From an uncultured Candidatus Kuenenia sp. (GTDB lineage Bacteria > Planctomycetota > Planctomycetia > Pirellulales > UBA1268), in the NCBI GenBank assembly GCA_964640405.1, contig CAZXIG010000002.1, positions 1 through 36,913 of the forward strand: a stretch of 36,913 nucleotides of DNA, read 5' to 3'. Positions 23,821 to 33,092 of this stretch are shown one piece after another (within the stretch, counting starts at the first letter, position 1; each line of letters opens with the position of its first letter). The position numbers and the translations under genes were made by a program. Below the pieces are notes generated by a model. The model had not been told where the DNA came from and did no database searches. It saw only the letters and a list, made by a program, of their open reading frames with translations.

Positions 23821-24822
23821 CTATTGGTTGAAGCCGGCCTTCATGGCCCGTGAGTTCCGCTGGCCAAGCGTACGGTACAGGGCGAGATCGATCGACTCGC
23901 TGAGGAAATGCGTCGAGCCATCGGCCATGGTGAACGACGCCCCCCCCGGATGCTTGCTGCCGAACGTCGTCACCTGTTCACTCACCCAGATGTTCGTCCC
24001 GTCGCCCGGCGTGAAATTGATGGCCTGATTCGTGGCGCAGAGCCCCAACGGGATCGACAACCGAGCATCCGCAGAAGACCAGTACATCGTCGAATCCCAG
24101 CCCATGCCGCCGTTAGGGACCGTGGGTGCTCCGAGCGGCGACGCGTAGCGGGTCTCGCCGATCAAGATGACGTTCGATGCGCCGTCGAGAAGGTGGCCGG
24201 CCGTGATCCGCGAATTCGCGTAAAACACGCCATTGTGGAAAAAGAACCGACTCTCGCGGCTCATGCATTTCTTCAAATTCGGAGGAGTTGTTCCGCTCCA
24301 AGGCTGATCCGGACCGCCCCCCTGGCACGCGAAGTAGCTGGTGTTGCCATTGGGTCCGGAGGCCGTGTTCGGGTCGGCCGGGCAGGCGAAATTCGTGTTG
24401 AATGTGAACTGCTTTGCGCGATTGGTCGCCCCCGTAACGGCGCTGTCGAAACTGGTGAAGCTGCCATTCAGGTCGTACGAATCGTATCGTGACTGCCCTT
24501 CCATGAACGGCAGGAGCAGCACCGTCCACGGCGGCCCGCCGGTTGTATGGGTAGTCCCCGAAATCCGGCACTTCTCATCGTCGGTCAACGCGGCGTCGAG
24601 CCGCATGACGGCGCCGGGGGGAAACGCGTTGTTTTGGGCGTGGTACTGCTGGCACGCCAGCGACAACTGCCGGATCTTGTTCATGCAGGCACCGCGTCGG
24701 GACGACTCGCGTGCCGACTGCACGGCCGGCATCAGCAGGCCGATGAGCAGGCCGATGATCGCGATCGTCGCCAGCAGCTCGATCAATGTAAAACCGCGAC
24801 GACTGTTCACGGTGGTGATCAC
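23821..24822 (-). CDS. DUF1559 protein with prepilin-type N-terminal cleavage/methylation domain and HX9DG motif
   Basis: RRGFTLIELLATIAIIGLLIGLLMPAVQSARESSRRGACMNKIRQL. C-terminal HPGGASFTMADG is H-X9-DG. GTG start at 24822 overlaps the upstream stop as GTGA. Confidence 0.88.
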   Translation of the reverse strand: MITTVNSRRGFTLIELLATIAIIGLLIGLLMPAVQSARESSRRGACMNKIRQLSLACQQYHAQNNAFPPGAVMRLDAALTDDEKCRISGTTHTTGGPPWTVLLLPFMEGQSRYDSYDLNGSFTSFDSAVTGATNRAKQFTFNTNFACPADPNTASGPNGNTSYFACQGGGPDQPWSGTTPPNLKKCMSRESRFFFHNGVFYANSRITAGHLLDGASNVILIGETRYASPLGAPTVPNGGMGWDSTMYWSSADARLSIPLGLCATNQAINFTPGDGTNIWVSEQVTTFGSKHPGGASFTMADGSTHFLSESIDLALYRTLGQRNSRAMKAGFNQ

Positions 24823-27800
24823 GAGCGGATTTGCGCACGGGCGACGATGGATGCGAGCCTTCGCTTGCGGGCCGCGGCACCAATCGCCACGACGATGCCG
24901 ATGCCGGCAAGAGCGACCGCGGCCGGCTCGGGCACGATCGCGTAGACGAGATTCACGTTGTTGCCGTCTTGCACGATGGAGAATGAGGCATCCGGACGGG
25001 CCGAAGCGAGTGATTGCGGCGTCGACTGGGCGTCAAGCCAACTCCCCGGGGAGCCGGCGAGCGTGAGGTTGCCGAAGTTCGTCGTCGTGCCGGTGACGCT
25101 GTAGATTGTCCACGTCCGCGCGGTATCCCAGAAGGCATCCGACCAGCTAACCGTGCTGCCGGCCGAGTTGAACGCGAGCGAAAGCGTAGTCAGGCTGGCG
25201 AAGTCGAGGTTGCCACCGACGATGATCTGGTCGAAGGCGAGCGGGCTGTTTGAAATCGTGTTTGCCGTCAGCTCCCAGAGTACCGAGGAGCTGCCGCCTG
25301 AATAGGTGAGGTCGCCGACGAAGGTCTGGATGCCGGGCGAGTTGCCGGGGCTGTGCAGACCCTGGACGGTGGTCGCGCCGCCGATCGTTCCCGACCCCAT
25401 GAGCGTGGCCCCCGCCGCCACGCTGAACGCCCCCAGAGCCGACGACTGGTTGCCGTTCACCGCGAGGACGCCGTTCGACACGGTCGTGGTGCCCGCGTAG
25501 CTGTTGTTGCCCGAGAGCGTCACCTTGCCGGTGCCCGTCTTCACGAGCGAGCCGAGGCCGGTGAGCGTTCCGGCGTAAATCGTGCTCGCGTTGTTGCCCC
25601 CGATCGTGAGGCCGATCGCCGCCGCGGCGGAATTCCGCAGGGCGAGCGTGGCGGCGGAGTTCGAGGAGGAGAGCCCGCCGAACGTGAAGGCGTTGCCTGC
25701 CACGACCGAGTCGAATACCACGCCCCCCGTGCCGGAGAGCGAGAGCGTGGAGAACTGCAGGGCGGCCTGATGGCGCAGCTGGAGTGTGCCGGCGTTGACC
25801 GTCGTAGCGCCGGTGTAGGTGTTGGCACCGCCGAGGGCGAGCACGCCGGCACCTGTCTTCGTGATGCCGTAGCCATTGCCGCCGTCGCCGATCGCGCTCG
25901 AGAAGATCACGCCAGGCTGGCCGGCGCTCGTGCCGCTCGTGATCACCGAGTCGACCTGGAGCGTGCGCGATCCGCCGGAGAGGAGCGTCGCGCCAGTGAA
26001 CGTGAGGTTCGGCTCGTTCGCCAAACCGAAAAACTGCGTGTTCGCCGAAATTGTGACGGCGTTGGCCAGCGTCCTGGGCGGCCCGGATCGCGACCGAATC
26101 CTCGCCCCGGCCAGGTCGAGTGTGCCTGTGCCGAAGGCGCTATTGTTGTCGACGACCATGTCGATGCCTGACTCGATCTTCGTGCCGCCTGCGTACGTGT
26201 TTGTGCCGCCGATGACCATGATCACTCCGCTCACGGTGCCGCTCGACGTGCCGTAGGTGAGCGAGGCGGTGGGGGACGTGCCGGAGATCACGGTGAAGTT
26301 GTCGGCACGCAGATCGGATCGGATCGTAGCGCCGCCGGGGCCGATCGAGACCGACCCGAACCCGAACCCAGCCAACGACCCGGTCGCATTCGCCGCGCTG
26401 ACGAGCGTGCCGCTGTCGATCGTGTAGGCAAACGCCCCGCTCGGGTTGAGGGCATTGACGTTCGTGAGCACGAGCGACCCGCCGGCGATCGTGATTGGGC
26501 CCGTCAGGGTACTGGAACCGGAGAGCGTGAGGCTGCCGGCCCCTCGCTTCGTGAGGCCGCCCGTGTTGGTGCTGGCGAGGTTGCCGGCCCACGTGACGTT
26601 CTGGCCGTTGGTGTCGATCGCTATGGCGGAAGTGCTGCTCACGATCCGGGCCGCGATGTCGGCGGTATTCGACGAGGAATACTGGAGCGATCCGCCGGTG
26701 AACGTGACGGTGCCGGAACTAGGCAGTGCGTTGGCATTGCCAAGCGCGATGACGCCTCCGGCCAGCGTCGTCGTGCCGGTGTAGGTGTTGCTTCCGGATA
26801 GAATCCACGTCCCGGTGCCGGCTTTGGTCACGCTGGTTTTATTTGTTGCGCTGTTGTCGATGATCGAACCGGCGATTTCCCCGACGCCAGCCGTTGACCC
26901 CTGGAGCGTGAGCGTCTTGCTGCCAGCACCGCCGGCAACGAAATCGGCGCTGAATTTAAGCAGCCCGCTGCCGGACTGATCGATCACAGCCCCGCCAGTG
27001 GTGCCAATCAGGTTAATCTGGCGGTTGGTCGTCTCACCTGTGCCGGTGTAGAGAAGAGCGCCCCGGACGGTCTGGATGCCGATCTGAATCTGGCCATTGG
27101 CCAAAGTCGTCTGAGCCCCAAGGGCGGTGGGACCAGCACCCCAATTGCCGATGGAATTTACGCTCAAGACCCCCGAGGCTGCCTGCGTAGCCCCCGTGTA
27201 GGTGTTGGCAGTGCCGGTGACCACCACGACCCCAGTGTCATCCGACCGGTTTATCCAGTTGACCCCGCTGATCGTGCCACCGAGGACCAGAACGGTATTC
27301 GCCGCAGCGCCAACGCGGGTGTTGTTGATGGCAATGTTGCCAGCCCACGTATTCGACCCGCTGACGCTCCACATTACGGGGTTGCTCGAGCCCCCAGATG
27401 TAAAATTATTCGAGACGGTGATGCTGTTCGCCAAATCAATCCTGCCGGTACCATTCGAGGACACGGTGCCTGAACCGAGGGCACTCCCATGAGTGACTCT
27501 CACAATTCCTGAGTTCAGCGTGGTGACCCCGCTGTAACTGTTACTGGCTGAGAGCGTGAGTGTGCCGGCTCCCGTTTTGTTGAGCCCCTGAGTGCCAGTG
27601 ATCACGCTCGAGATCGTCACCACCTGACTGCCCAAGTTCGCGACGTCGATCGTCGGCGTGCCGGACACGGTCGCGAGACGGAGCGTGCCGCTCGTGAGCG
27701 TCCAGCCGCCGTTGGTGCCGGTCGTATCACCAAAGAGAAGCGTCCCGCTGGTGCGCGGGCTGTCGAGCGTGATCGTCTGCACGCCCGTGATGTCGAGCGT

Positions 27801-28001
27801 GCTGAAGTTGGCGGTGGCGCCGGTGCCATCTGCGATGATGCTGCTGGACCAGTTGGCCTGCGTGCCCCATGAGCCGCCCGATGTGCTCGTCCACGTGCCG
27901 CTCGTCTGGCCGAGGGCCGCAGAGGGAGCCGTGACGGCTGCCCACGCGCACAAAACGCCGCAGACGAAAGATCGGGCCGTGTGGTGGTGTCTTGGCGACA
28001 T
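24819..28001 (-). CDS. Autotransporter-associated beta-strand repeat protein with C-terminal PEP-CTERM sorting signal
   Basis: Start at MSPRHHHTARSFVCGVLCAWAAVTAPSAALG (ATG 28001). About 30 degenerate units of the type GAGTLTLSGSNTYTGTTTLAGG. The C-terminus VPEPAAVALAGIGIVVAIGAAARKRR is PEP motif + TM + basic tail. Confidence 0.88.
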   Translation of the reverse strand: MSPRHHHTARSFVCGVLCAWAAVTAPSAALGQTSGTWTSTSGGSWGTQANWSSSIIADGTGATANFSTLDITGVQTITLDSPRTSGTLLFGDTTGTNGGWTLTSGTLRLATVSGTPTIDVANLGSQVVTISSVITGTQGLNKTGAGTLTLSASNSYSGVTTLNSGIVRVTHGSALGSGTVSSNGTGRIDLANSITVSNNFTSGGSSNPVMWSVSGSNTWAGNIAINNTRVGAAANTVLVLGGTISGVNWINRSDDTGVVVVTGTANTYTGATQAASGVLSVNSIGNWGAGPTALGAQTTLANGQIQIGIQTVRGALLYTGTGETTNRQINLIGTTGGAVIDQSGSGLLKFSADFVAGGAGSKTLTLQGSTAGVGEIAGSIIDNSATNKTSVTKAGTGTWILSGSNTYTGTTTLAGGVIALGNANALPSSGTVTFTGGSLQYSSSNTADIAARIVSSTSAIAIDTNGQNVTWAGNLASTNTGGLTKRGAGSLTLSGSSTLTGPITIAGGSLVLTNVNALNPSGAFAYTIDSGTLVSAANATGSLAGFGFGSVSIGPGGATIRSDLRADNFTVISGTSPTASLTYGTSSGTVSGVIMVIGGTNTYAGGTKIESGIDMVVDNNSAFGTGTLDLAGARIRSRSGPPRTLANAVTISANTQFFGLANEPNLTFTGATLLSGGSRTLQVDSVITSGTSAGQPGVIFSSAIGDGGNGYGITKTGAGVLALGGANTYTGATTVNAGTLQLRHQAALQFSTLSLSGTGGVVFDSVVAGNAFTFGGLSSSNSAATLALRNSAAAAIGLTIGGNNASTIYAGTLTGLGSLVKTGTGKVTLSGNNSYAGTTTVSNGVLAVNGNQSSALGAFSVAAGATLMGSGTIGGATTVQGLHSPGNSPGIQTFVGDLTYSGGSSSVLWELTANTISNSPLAFDQIIVGGNLDFASLTTLSLAFNSAGSTVSWSDAFWDTARTWTIYSVTGTTTNFGNLTLAGSPGSWLDAQSTPQSLASARPDASFSIVQDGNNVNLVYAIVPEPAAVALAGIGIVVAIGAAARKRRLASIVARAQIRS

Positions 28002-28163
28002 GCTGAACCCTCTACTATTCGTGACGAGGTTTTCATGACCAGGGCGGGAGGCCCCCCGCCCAATCAACGCTGGTTAAGATAGGTCTTCGCGCGGCAGCCC
28101 GCTACCAGCCAATAGTGCGGCAAAATGTTCCAAAAATACGTCGCAAGAGCACGCTGATAGGCT

Positions 28164-28199
28164 AAAAAAAAGGAGGGTGGCAGCTAGCCGCCCTCCTTT
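28164..28199 (-). terminator. Strong hairpin flanked by A8/T3 in the divergent intergenic region (intrinsic-terminator-like on the minus strand)
   Basis: Plus strand reads aaaaaaaa ggagggtggc agcta gccgccctcc ttt. On the minus strand this is a 10-bp GC-rich stem with one C-A mismatch, followed by T8. On the plus strand the mismatch becomes a G-U wobble. It lies 28 nt upstream of the regulator ATG (28227) and 163 nt upstream of the PEP-CTERM gene ATG (28001). Confidence 0.4.
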
Positions 28200-28226
28200 G
28201 ACAAAGCACCCCCTGCCCGGGTGGCC

Positions 28227-29402
28227 ATGCCTGCCAAATCCCCACTTCTCGCCGCCCGTCCGCGGGTGACCGTGCTGATTCCGGCGCATACCGGCTGGGG
28301 CCGCGGTGTGATCAAGGGGATCGCGAACTTTGCCAACCGCCATGGTCCGTGGCAGCTGCATGTCGAGGCGGAGGGGGAGCGGCGGACGCTGCCCCACGGC
28401 TGGCAGGGCGACGGCGTCATCGCCCGAATCTCCACGCCCGCCGTCGCCAGGGAGATAGCGGCGCTCGGGGTCCCCGCGGTCAACGTCTCCGCGATTCAAT
28501 TGGATACACCGACTGACTCCATTCCACGAGTCTGCAACGACCTGCGGGCGTGCGGCGCCATGGCGGCCAGGCACCTGCTCGACTGCGGCCTGCGCCACTT
28601 CGGCTACGTCGGTCTCCCGAAACTGGCCTATGTGAAGGAGCATTGCGAGGCCTTCGCCACCGCGGTCGCCGCGGCGGGGCACGGATGCCATGTTCACGCG
28701 CTGGGCCTCGACGACGAAACGACCTCGAAGGCGGGTCATCTCGCGGCCTGGCTTCGCAGCCTGCCGAAGCCGGTGGGCGTGCTGACATGGGCCAATGCCC
28801 AGGGGCGGGCGGTGATCGATGCCTGCCGGCAGGCCCACCTGCTCGTTCCGGAGGACGTGGCGGTCATCAGCGGTGACGACGACCAACTGCTTTGCGAGAG
28901 CTGTCTGCCGACGCTCTCCGCGATCGGCGTCGCCGCGGAACAGATTGGCCTCAAGGCCGCGGAGCTCTTGTCTCTGCAGATGATGGGGCAGTCGCTGCCG
29001 CCGACGCCCATCGCCGTGGCACCGCTCGGGATCATCACGCGGCAGAGCACCGACACATTTGCGATCGACGACCCCGATCTCCTGAAGGCGCTCGGCTTCA
29101 TCCGCGAGAACGCCACGAAGGCGATCCGGGTGGAGGACGTCCTCGAAGCTGTGCCCATGTCGCGACGCACCCTGGAACGGCTCTTCCAGGAGCAGCTCGG
29201 CAGATCGCCGGCCGAAGAAATCCGCCGGGTGCGGCTGGATCGCGCGAAGCACCTCCTCGCCACCACCGATCTGACTGTGCCCAAGGTCGCCGCGGCATGC
29301 GGCTTCAGCACCGGCCATTACCTCGCCACCGTCTTCCGCCAGGAAACGGGCATCACGCCGTTGAAATACCGGGCCGCCGCCTCGGCCTCCGTCAGCCGCT
29401 GA
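28227..29402 (+). CDS. XylR-type regulator (periplasmic-binding-protein-like sensor domain + AraC-family HTH)
   Basis: RVTVLIPAHTGWGRGVIKGIANFANRHGPWQLHVE...GWQGDGVIARI (LacI/PBP-like). C-terminal AraC HTH LERLFQEQLGRSPAEEIRRVRLDRAKHLLATTDLTVPKVAAACGFSTGHYLATVFRQETGITPLKYR. ATG at 28227; GTG at 28221 is also possible. Confidence 0.85.
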   Translation: MPAKSPLLAARPRVTVLIPAHTGWGRGVIKGIANFANRHGPWQLHVEAEGERRTLPHGWQGDGVIARISTPAVAREIAALGVPAVNVSAIQLDTPTDSIPRVCNDLRACGAMAARHLLDCGLRHFGYVGLPKLAYVKEHCEAFATAVAAAGHGCHVHALGLDDETTSKAGHLAAWLRSLPKPVGVLTWANAQGRAVIDACRQAHLLVPEDVAVISGDDDQLLCESCLPTLSAIGVAAEQIGLKAAELLSLQMMGQSLPPTPIAVAPLGIITRQSTDTFAIDDPDLLKALGFIRENATKAIRVEDVLEAVPMSRRTLERLFQEQLGRSPAEEIRRVRLDRAKHLLATTDLTVPKVAAACGFSTGHYLATVFRQETGITPLKYRAAASASVSR

Positions 29403-30621
29403 CGGGAGGTGATCGTCGCGAGCGGTTGAGTCCGGCAAGCAGCAGGAAAATCGCGACCGGATGGAGCACGGCCGCCGCGAGGAAGCAGGGCGCGTAGGAG
29501 TGCCGCTGCACCGCATCGGCCACGAGGATGTTCATGGCCACGCCCCCGAGGCCGCTGCCGGCGGCAATCACCCCGAAGCTCGTGGCCAGCATCCGTGGCG
29601 GGATCGCATCGATCGCCAGGGCGGTCAGGTTCGTCAGCCAGATCGCATGCCCAAAGGCCACGGCCATTCCGACCGCCAGCGCTGCCTTCCCGGACTCGAC
29701 CGACGGAATTAGGGCCGCGACCGGAACGATCGCCGCCGCGACGACCATCATTGCGAGCCGGGCCGCGGCGGGCCTGGTTCCCCGCGCGACGAGCCAGCCT
29801 GACACGAGGCCGCCGCCGATCAGGCCCACATCGGCCGCGAGGTACACCAGCCACATGACCGACAGATCTTCCTGTGCGACCCCGCGTTCCGCATGTAGAT
29901 ACTTTGGAAACCACTGCTGGATGAAGTACCACACGCCGTCGGTGAGCAGCCGCGCCGTCAGCAGCAGCCAGACGATCCGCTGCGACAGCACATCCCGCCA
30001 GGAGACCGTGGCCCGCTCGTTTGCCTCCGCCGGTTCTCGACCATCCCGCGGCGCGAACAAGAGCCAGGGCACGAGCCAGGCGATGCCGGCGGTCCCGGTC
30101 GCGATGAAGGCCGATTGCCAGCCGTACGCCGCCGCGAGCCAGAGCGACAGCATCGGTGCGATCGTCGCGCCCACCGTTCCCCCGGCCGTGTAGAGGCCGA
30201 CGACGAACGCCCGCTCACCGGCTGAGAACCAGCGGCCGACGATCTTGGGGCTCGCCGTCCAGCCGCCGGCCTCGCCCAGCCCCAGCATGAACCGGGCCGC
30301 GCCCAGTTGAATGGGCGATCTCGCAAACCCCGTCAGTGCATTGGCCAGCGACCAGAATCCGACAAACCCAGCCAGGCTCGTGACACCGCCGACGCGATCT
30401 AGCAGCCGCCCGGAAAGCAGGTAGCCCAGTGTGTAGGCGATGAGGAAGGCGCTGTTGATCCTGGCATAGCCCGTGTCGTCGATCCCCAGATCAGACTGGA
30501 TCGTCGGCGCGAGGATCGAGAGGACGGTGCGGTCGACGTAGTTGAGCACCGCCGCCAGAAAGAGCATGCCGGCGATGAACCAGCGCCGCCACGACGGTGG
30601 CGGATTCGCACCATCGCTCAT
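29392..30621 (-). CDS. MFS transporter, ACS/hexuronate (ExuT)-like
   Basis: RRWFIAGMLFLAAVLNYVDRTVLSILAPTIQSDLGIDDTGYARINSAFLIAYTLGYLLSGRLLDRVG and 12 hydrophobic segments. ATG at 30621 overlaps the upstream stop as ATGA. The 3' end overlaps the convergent regulator gene by 11 nt. Confidence 0.85.
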   Translation of the reverse strand: MSDGANPPPSWRRWFIAGMLFLAAVLNYVDRTVLSILAPTIQSDLGIDDTGYARINSAFLIAYTLGYLLSGRLLDRVGGVTSLAGFVGFWSLANALTGFARSPIQLGAARFMLGLGEAGGWTASPKIVGRWFSAGERAFVVGLYTAGGTVGATIAPMLSLWLAAAYGWQSAFIATGTAGIAWLVPWLLFAPRDGREPAEANERATVSWRDVLSQRIVWLLLTARLLTDGVWYFIQQWFPKYLHAERGVAQEDLSVMWLVYLAADVGLIGGGLVSGWLVARGTRPAAARLAMMVVAAAIVPVAALIPSVESGKAALAVGMAVAFGHAIWLTNLTALAIDAIPPRMLATSFGVIAAGSGLGGVAMNILVADAVQRHSYAPCFLAAAVLHPVAIFLLLAGLNRSRRSPPVSG

Positions 30622-32924
30622 GACACGGGCCGCCCGTCCGGACCATAGGCCCGCAGGTCGACGATCGCAGCCGGTGCACCGCCGTCGGGATGCGCACATT
30701 CGACCACCAGCCGCGAGAGCGTGGCTGGCGGGTCGAGGCGGACGGTGCGCCGCGTCTGGTGATTACAGTGAAGGCGGGCCATTTCCCGGCCTGTCTCGTC
30801 GCGGAGCACGACATCGCGAACACAGAACGGACCGATCCGCTCCGGGTGTCCCATGAGGACCGACTCCATGGGGTGATCGTAGTCGGTGTCGAACACGATC
30901 TCCACCCGTTCGACGACACGCGGTTCGGACCACGAGCAGGTGAGCGTCGGCCGCGGATCGTCAGGGGCGGCCACCCAGAGATTCGGCTGCGACGTGGGGC
31001 GATTGACGCCGCTTTGCAGCTGCTCGACGCCGAACCGGTCGAGCGGCGGATCGATGCGGATCGCGAGATTGCGGCCGCCGGGCCGGCGCTCGGGCGTCCA
31101 GAATTCGAACGACTCCATGCCCGAGCCCTCGGGGGGCAACTGCACCGCCGACTTCGCGACGGCGCCGTTTTTGCGGTGGACGACCGCGAGCACGCCGCTC
31201 ACCCGCAGGTCGCTGATATGCACGGCAACATCGGGATTGGCGTCGAGGCACCAGAAGGCATACCGCGGGGTGTCGAACGTGGCCTGCAGGTCGAGTGGCA
31301 CCTGCTGGGAGTCGCCCGCGGTGAGTGCGATGCGGCACTCGGCCAGCACGACCCGGGGCGTGTGCTCGTCGGGACGACGGGCCACTCGGAGCGTCGCGCG
31401 AAGCGTGGTGGGCCGCGCGACGTCGACCAGGAGTGTGACCTGTGGCGCCGGCCCGGGAGCCACTGGAAGCATCATGGCCTGGCTCTCGGTCAGCGGTCGC
31501 GTCGAGCCCGACGACGGCAATTCACTCAGTCGCAGGTGGCTGGAGGCCGTCACCTTAGCTCGGCAGACGAGATCGTCGCCATCGTCGTGGACCGCGTTCG
31601 GAATGTGTTGCCCGGTGGCGAGGAGCGCCTGCTGGAGCCGCGACATCCGAGCCGGCTCGACGAGATCCCGCGGGAGGAGATTCTCCCGGCGGCACACGGC
31701 GGCCGCCATGCCGACCGCCTGCGCCGTGTGCGCACCGGTCGCCATCACGCGGGTCGAACCGAAGGCCACGTGGGAGGCACTGATGATCCGGCCCGCCAGA
31801 AAGAGGTTGGGCACGGACCGGCTGAAGAGACACCGGAACGGGATCTGATAGACGCCCTCCATGTGCCACTGCGTGCAGCCGTCCCCGGCCGCATAGACCC
31901 CGTCGGGCGGATGGAGATCCACCGCCCAGCCGCCGTAGGAAACGGCATCGGGCCACTCTCGCCGCTCCACGAGATCCTGCTGCGTAAGGATCACGTCGCC
32001 CTCGAACCGGCGGCTCTCCCGCTTGCCGGGAATCATGCCGACCCACTCGAGCGTGAGGGTCTCCGCCTCGGGAAAACGTCCCGAATTCTTGATGTGATCC
32101 CAGACGCCGTAGACGATCCGCCAGAGCTCCCACTTGATCGCGTGGGTGTCGTGGACGGTGTCGAGCCGGCCGCCATGCTCGATCCACCAGAACTGGCAGC
32201 CCTGATGCTTCGGCGTGAACTGCCGCCAGCGCGGGATGGTGGCGACGGGATCGATCGCGAACGCCGGTCGGGTGAACGACACGGGGCGGCCGGCGTCGCG
32301 GGTCATGAAATAGAGCGAGTGACCGAGCATGTCGCTCGAGCCGCCCGGTGGGGCGAGCCCTTCGCCAAACTCCTCGTGTGACTCAGCCCCCATGCGAAAC
32401 GGCGCCCCGGCGAGGAAGGCGATCGTGCCGTCGCCGGAAGCGTCGCAAAACAGGGGCGCGACGAGTTCGTAGCGGGTGCCGTTGGATGGCGAGAAAGCCC
32501 GCACCGCGCGGAGCGAGCCGCTCGAGGCATCCTGATCCACTTCATACGCCACGGTGTCGAGCAGGAGCCTGATCCGCGGCTCGGAGGCCACCTTCTCGAG
32601 CAGCAGGGCGTCGACCAGCACGGGATTGCCCTCGGGGTTGCGATGCATGTTCTCGACGAGGATCTCGTCGATCACGCCCCCTTCCCGCGCCCAGCGGTTG
32701 TTGTTGCCCATGTGGCTGGTGGCGCCGAGGATCCAAAGCCGGACCTCGCTCGAGGCATTGCCGCCGAGCACGGGCCTGTCTTGCACGAGCGCCACGTCGA
32801 TGCCAGCGCGGGCCGCCGTGATCGCAGCGCAGACACCCGCCAGCCCGCCTCCCACCACGACGAGATCCGTGACAATTCGCTCCGTGCGGAACGACCGCCC
32901 AGTTGCCTGCGAAAACAACTGCAT
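30618..32924 (-). CDS. Cytoplasmic FAD-dependent oxidoreductase (PF12831-like) with C-terminal beta-sandwich domains
   Basis: No signal peptide. TDLVVVGGGLAGVCAAITAARAGIDVALVQDRPVLGGNASSEVRLW. RCLFSRSVPNLFLAGRIISASHVAFGSTRVMATGAHTAQAVGMAAA parallels the paralogue at 17499-20027. Confidence 0.85.
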   Translation of the reverse strand: MQLFSQATGRSFRTERIVTDLVVVGGGLAGVCAAITAARAGIDVALVQDRPVLGGNASSEVRLWILGATSHMGNNNRWAREGGVIDEILVENMHRNPEGNPVLVDALLLEKVASEPRIRLLLDTVAYEVDQDASSGSLRAVRAFSPSNGTRYELVAPLFCDASGDGTIAFLAGAPFRMGAESHEEFGEGLAPPGGSSDMLGHSLYFMTRDAGRPVSFTRPAFAIDPVATIPRWRQFTPKHQGCQFWWIEHGGRLDTVHDTHAIKWELWRIVYGVWDHIKNSGRFPEAETLTLEWVGMIPGKRESRRFEGDVILTQQDLVERREWPDAVSYGGWAVDLHPPDGVYAAGDGCTQWHMEGVYQIPFRCLFSRSVPNLFLAGRIISASHVAFGSTRVMATGAHTAQAVGMAAAVCRRENLLPRDLVEPARMSRLQQALLATGQHIPNAVHDDGDDLVCRAKVTASSHLRLSELPSSGSTRPLTESQAMMLPVAPGPAPQVTLLVDVARPTTLRATLRVARRPDEHTPRVVLAECRIALTAGDSQQVPLDLQATFDTPRYAFWCLDANPDVAVHISDLRVSGVLAVVHRKNGAVAKSAVQLPPEGSGMESFEFWTPERRPGGRNLAIRIDPPLDRFGVEQLQSGVNRPTSQPNLWVAAPDDPRPTLTCSWSEPRVVERVEIVFDTDYDHPMESVLMGHPERIGPFCVRDVVLRDETGREMARLHCNHQTRRTVRLDPPATLSRLVVECAHPDGGAPAAIVDLRAYGPDGRPVS

Positions 32925-33092
32925 GGGCCTGGATCACACTCCGGGGGAGACGGGCTGGCATCGGCCGTCCACTGAAGCGCAACCAGCTGACGACCTGGAC
33001 GTTTAGCCTATCCGTGAGGGCGGCGACAGTGAGGGCAAGATTGCGAAATGTTTTTGTGGTTTCGCGTCACACCGGAATGACCCGGCCTGCTT

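Noticed and set aside
28171-28178. AAGGAGG inside the hairpin as a ribosome-binding site for a small ORF
   Set aside because: No ATG, GTG or TTG sits at a suitable 5-10-nt spacing on either strand. The motif is simply one arm of the stem.
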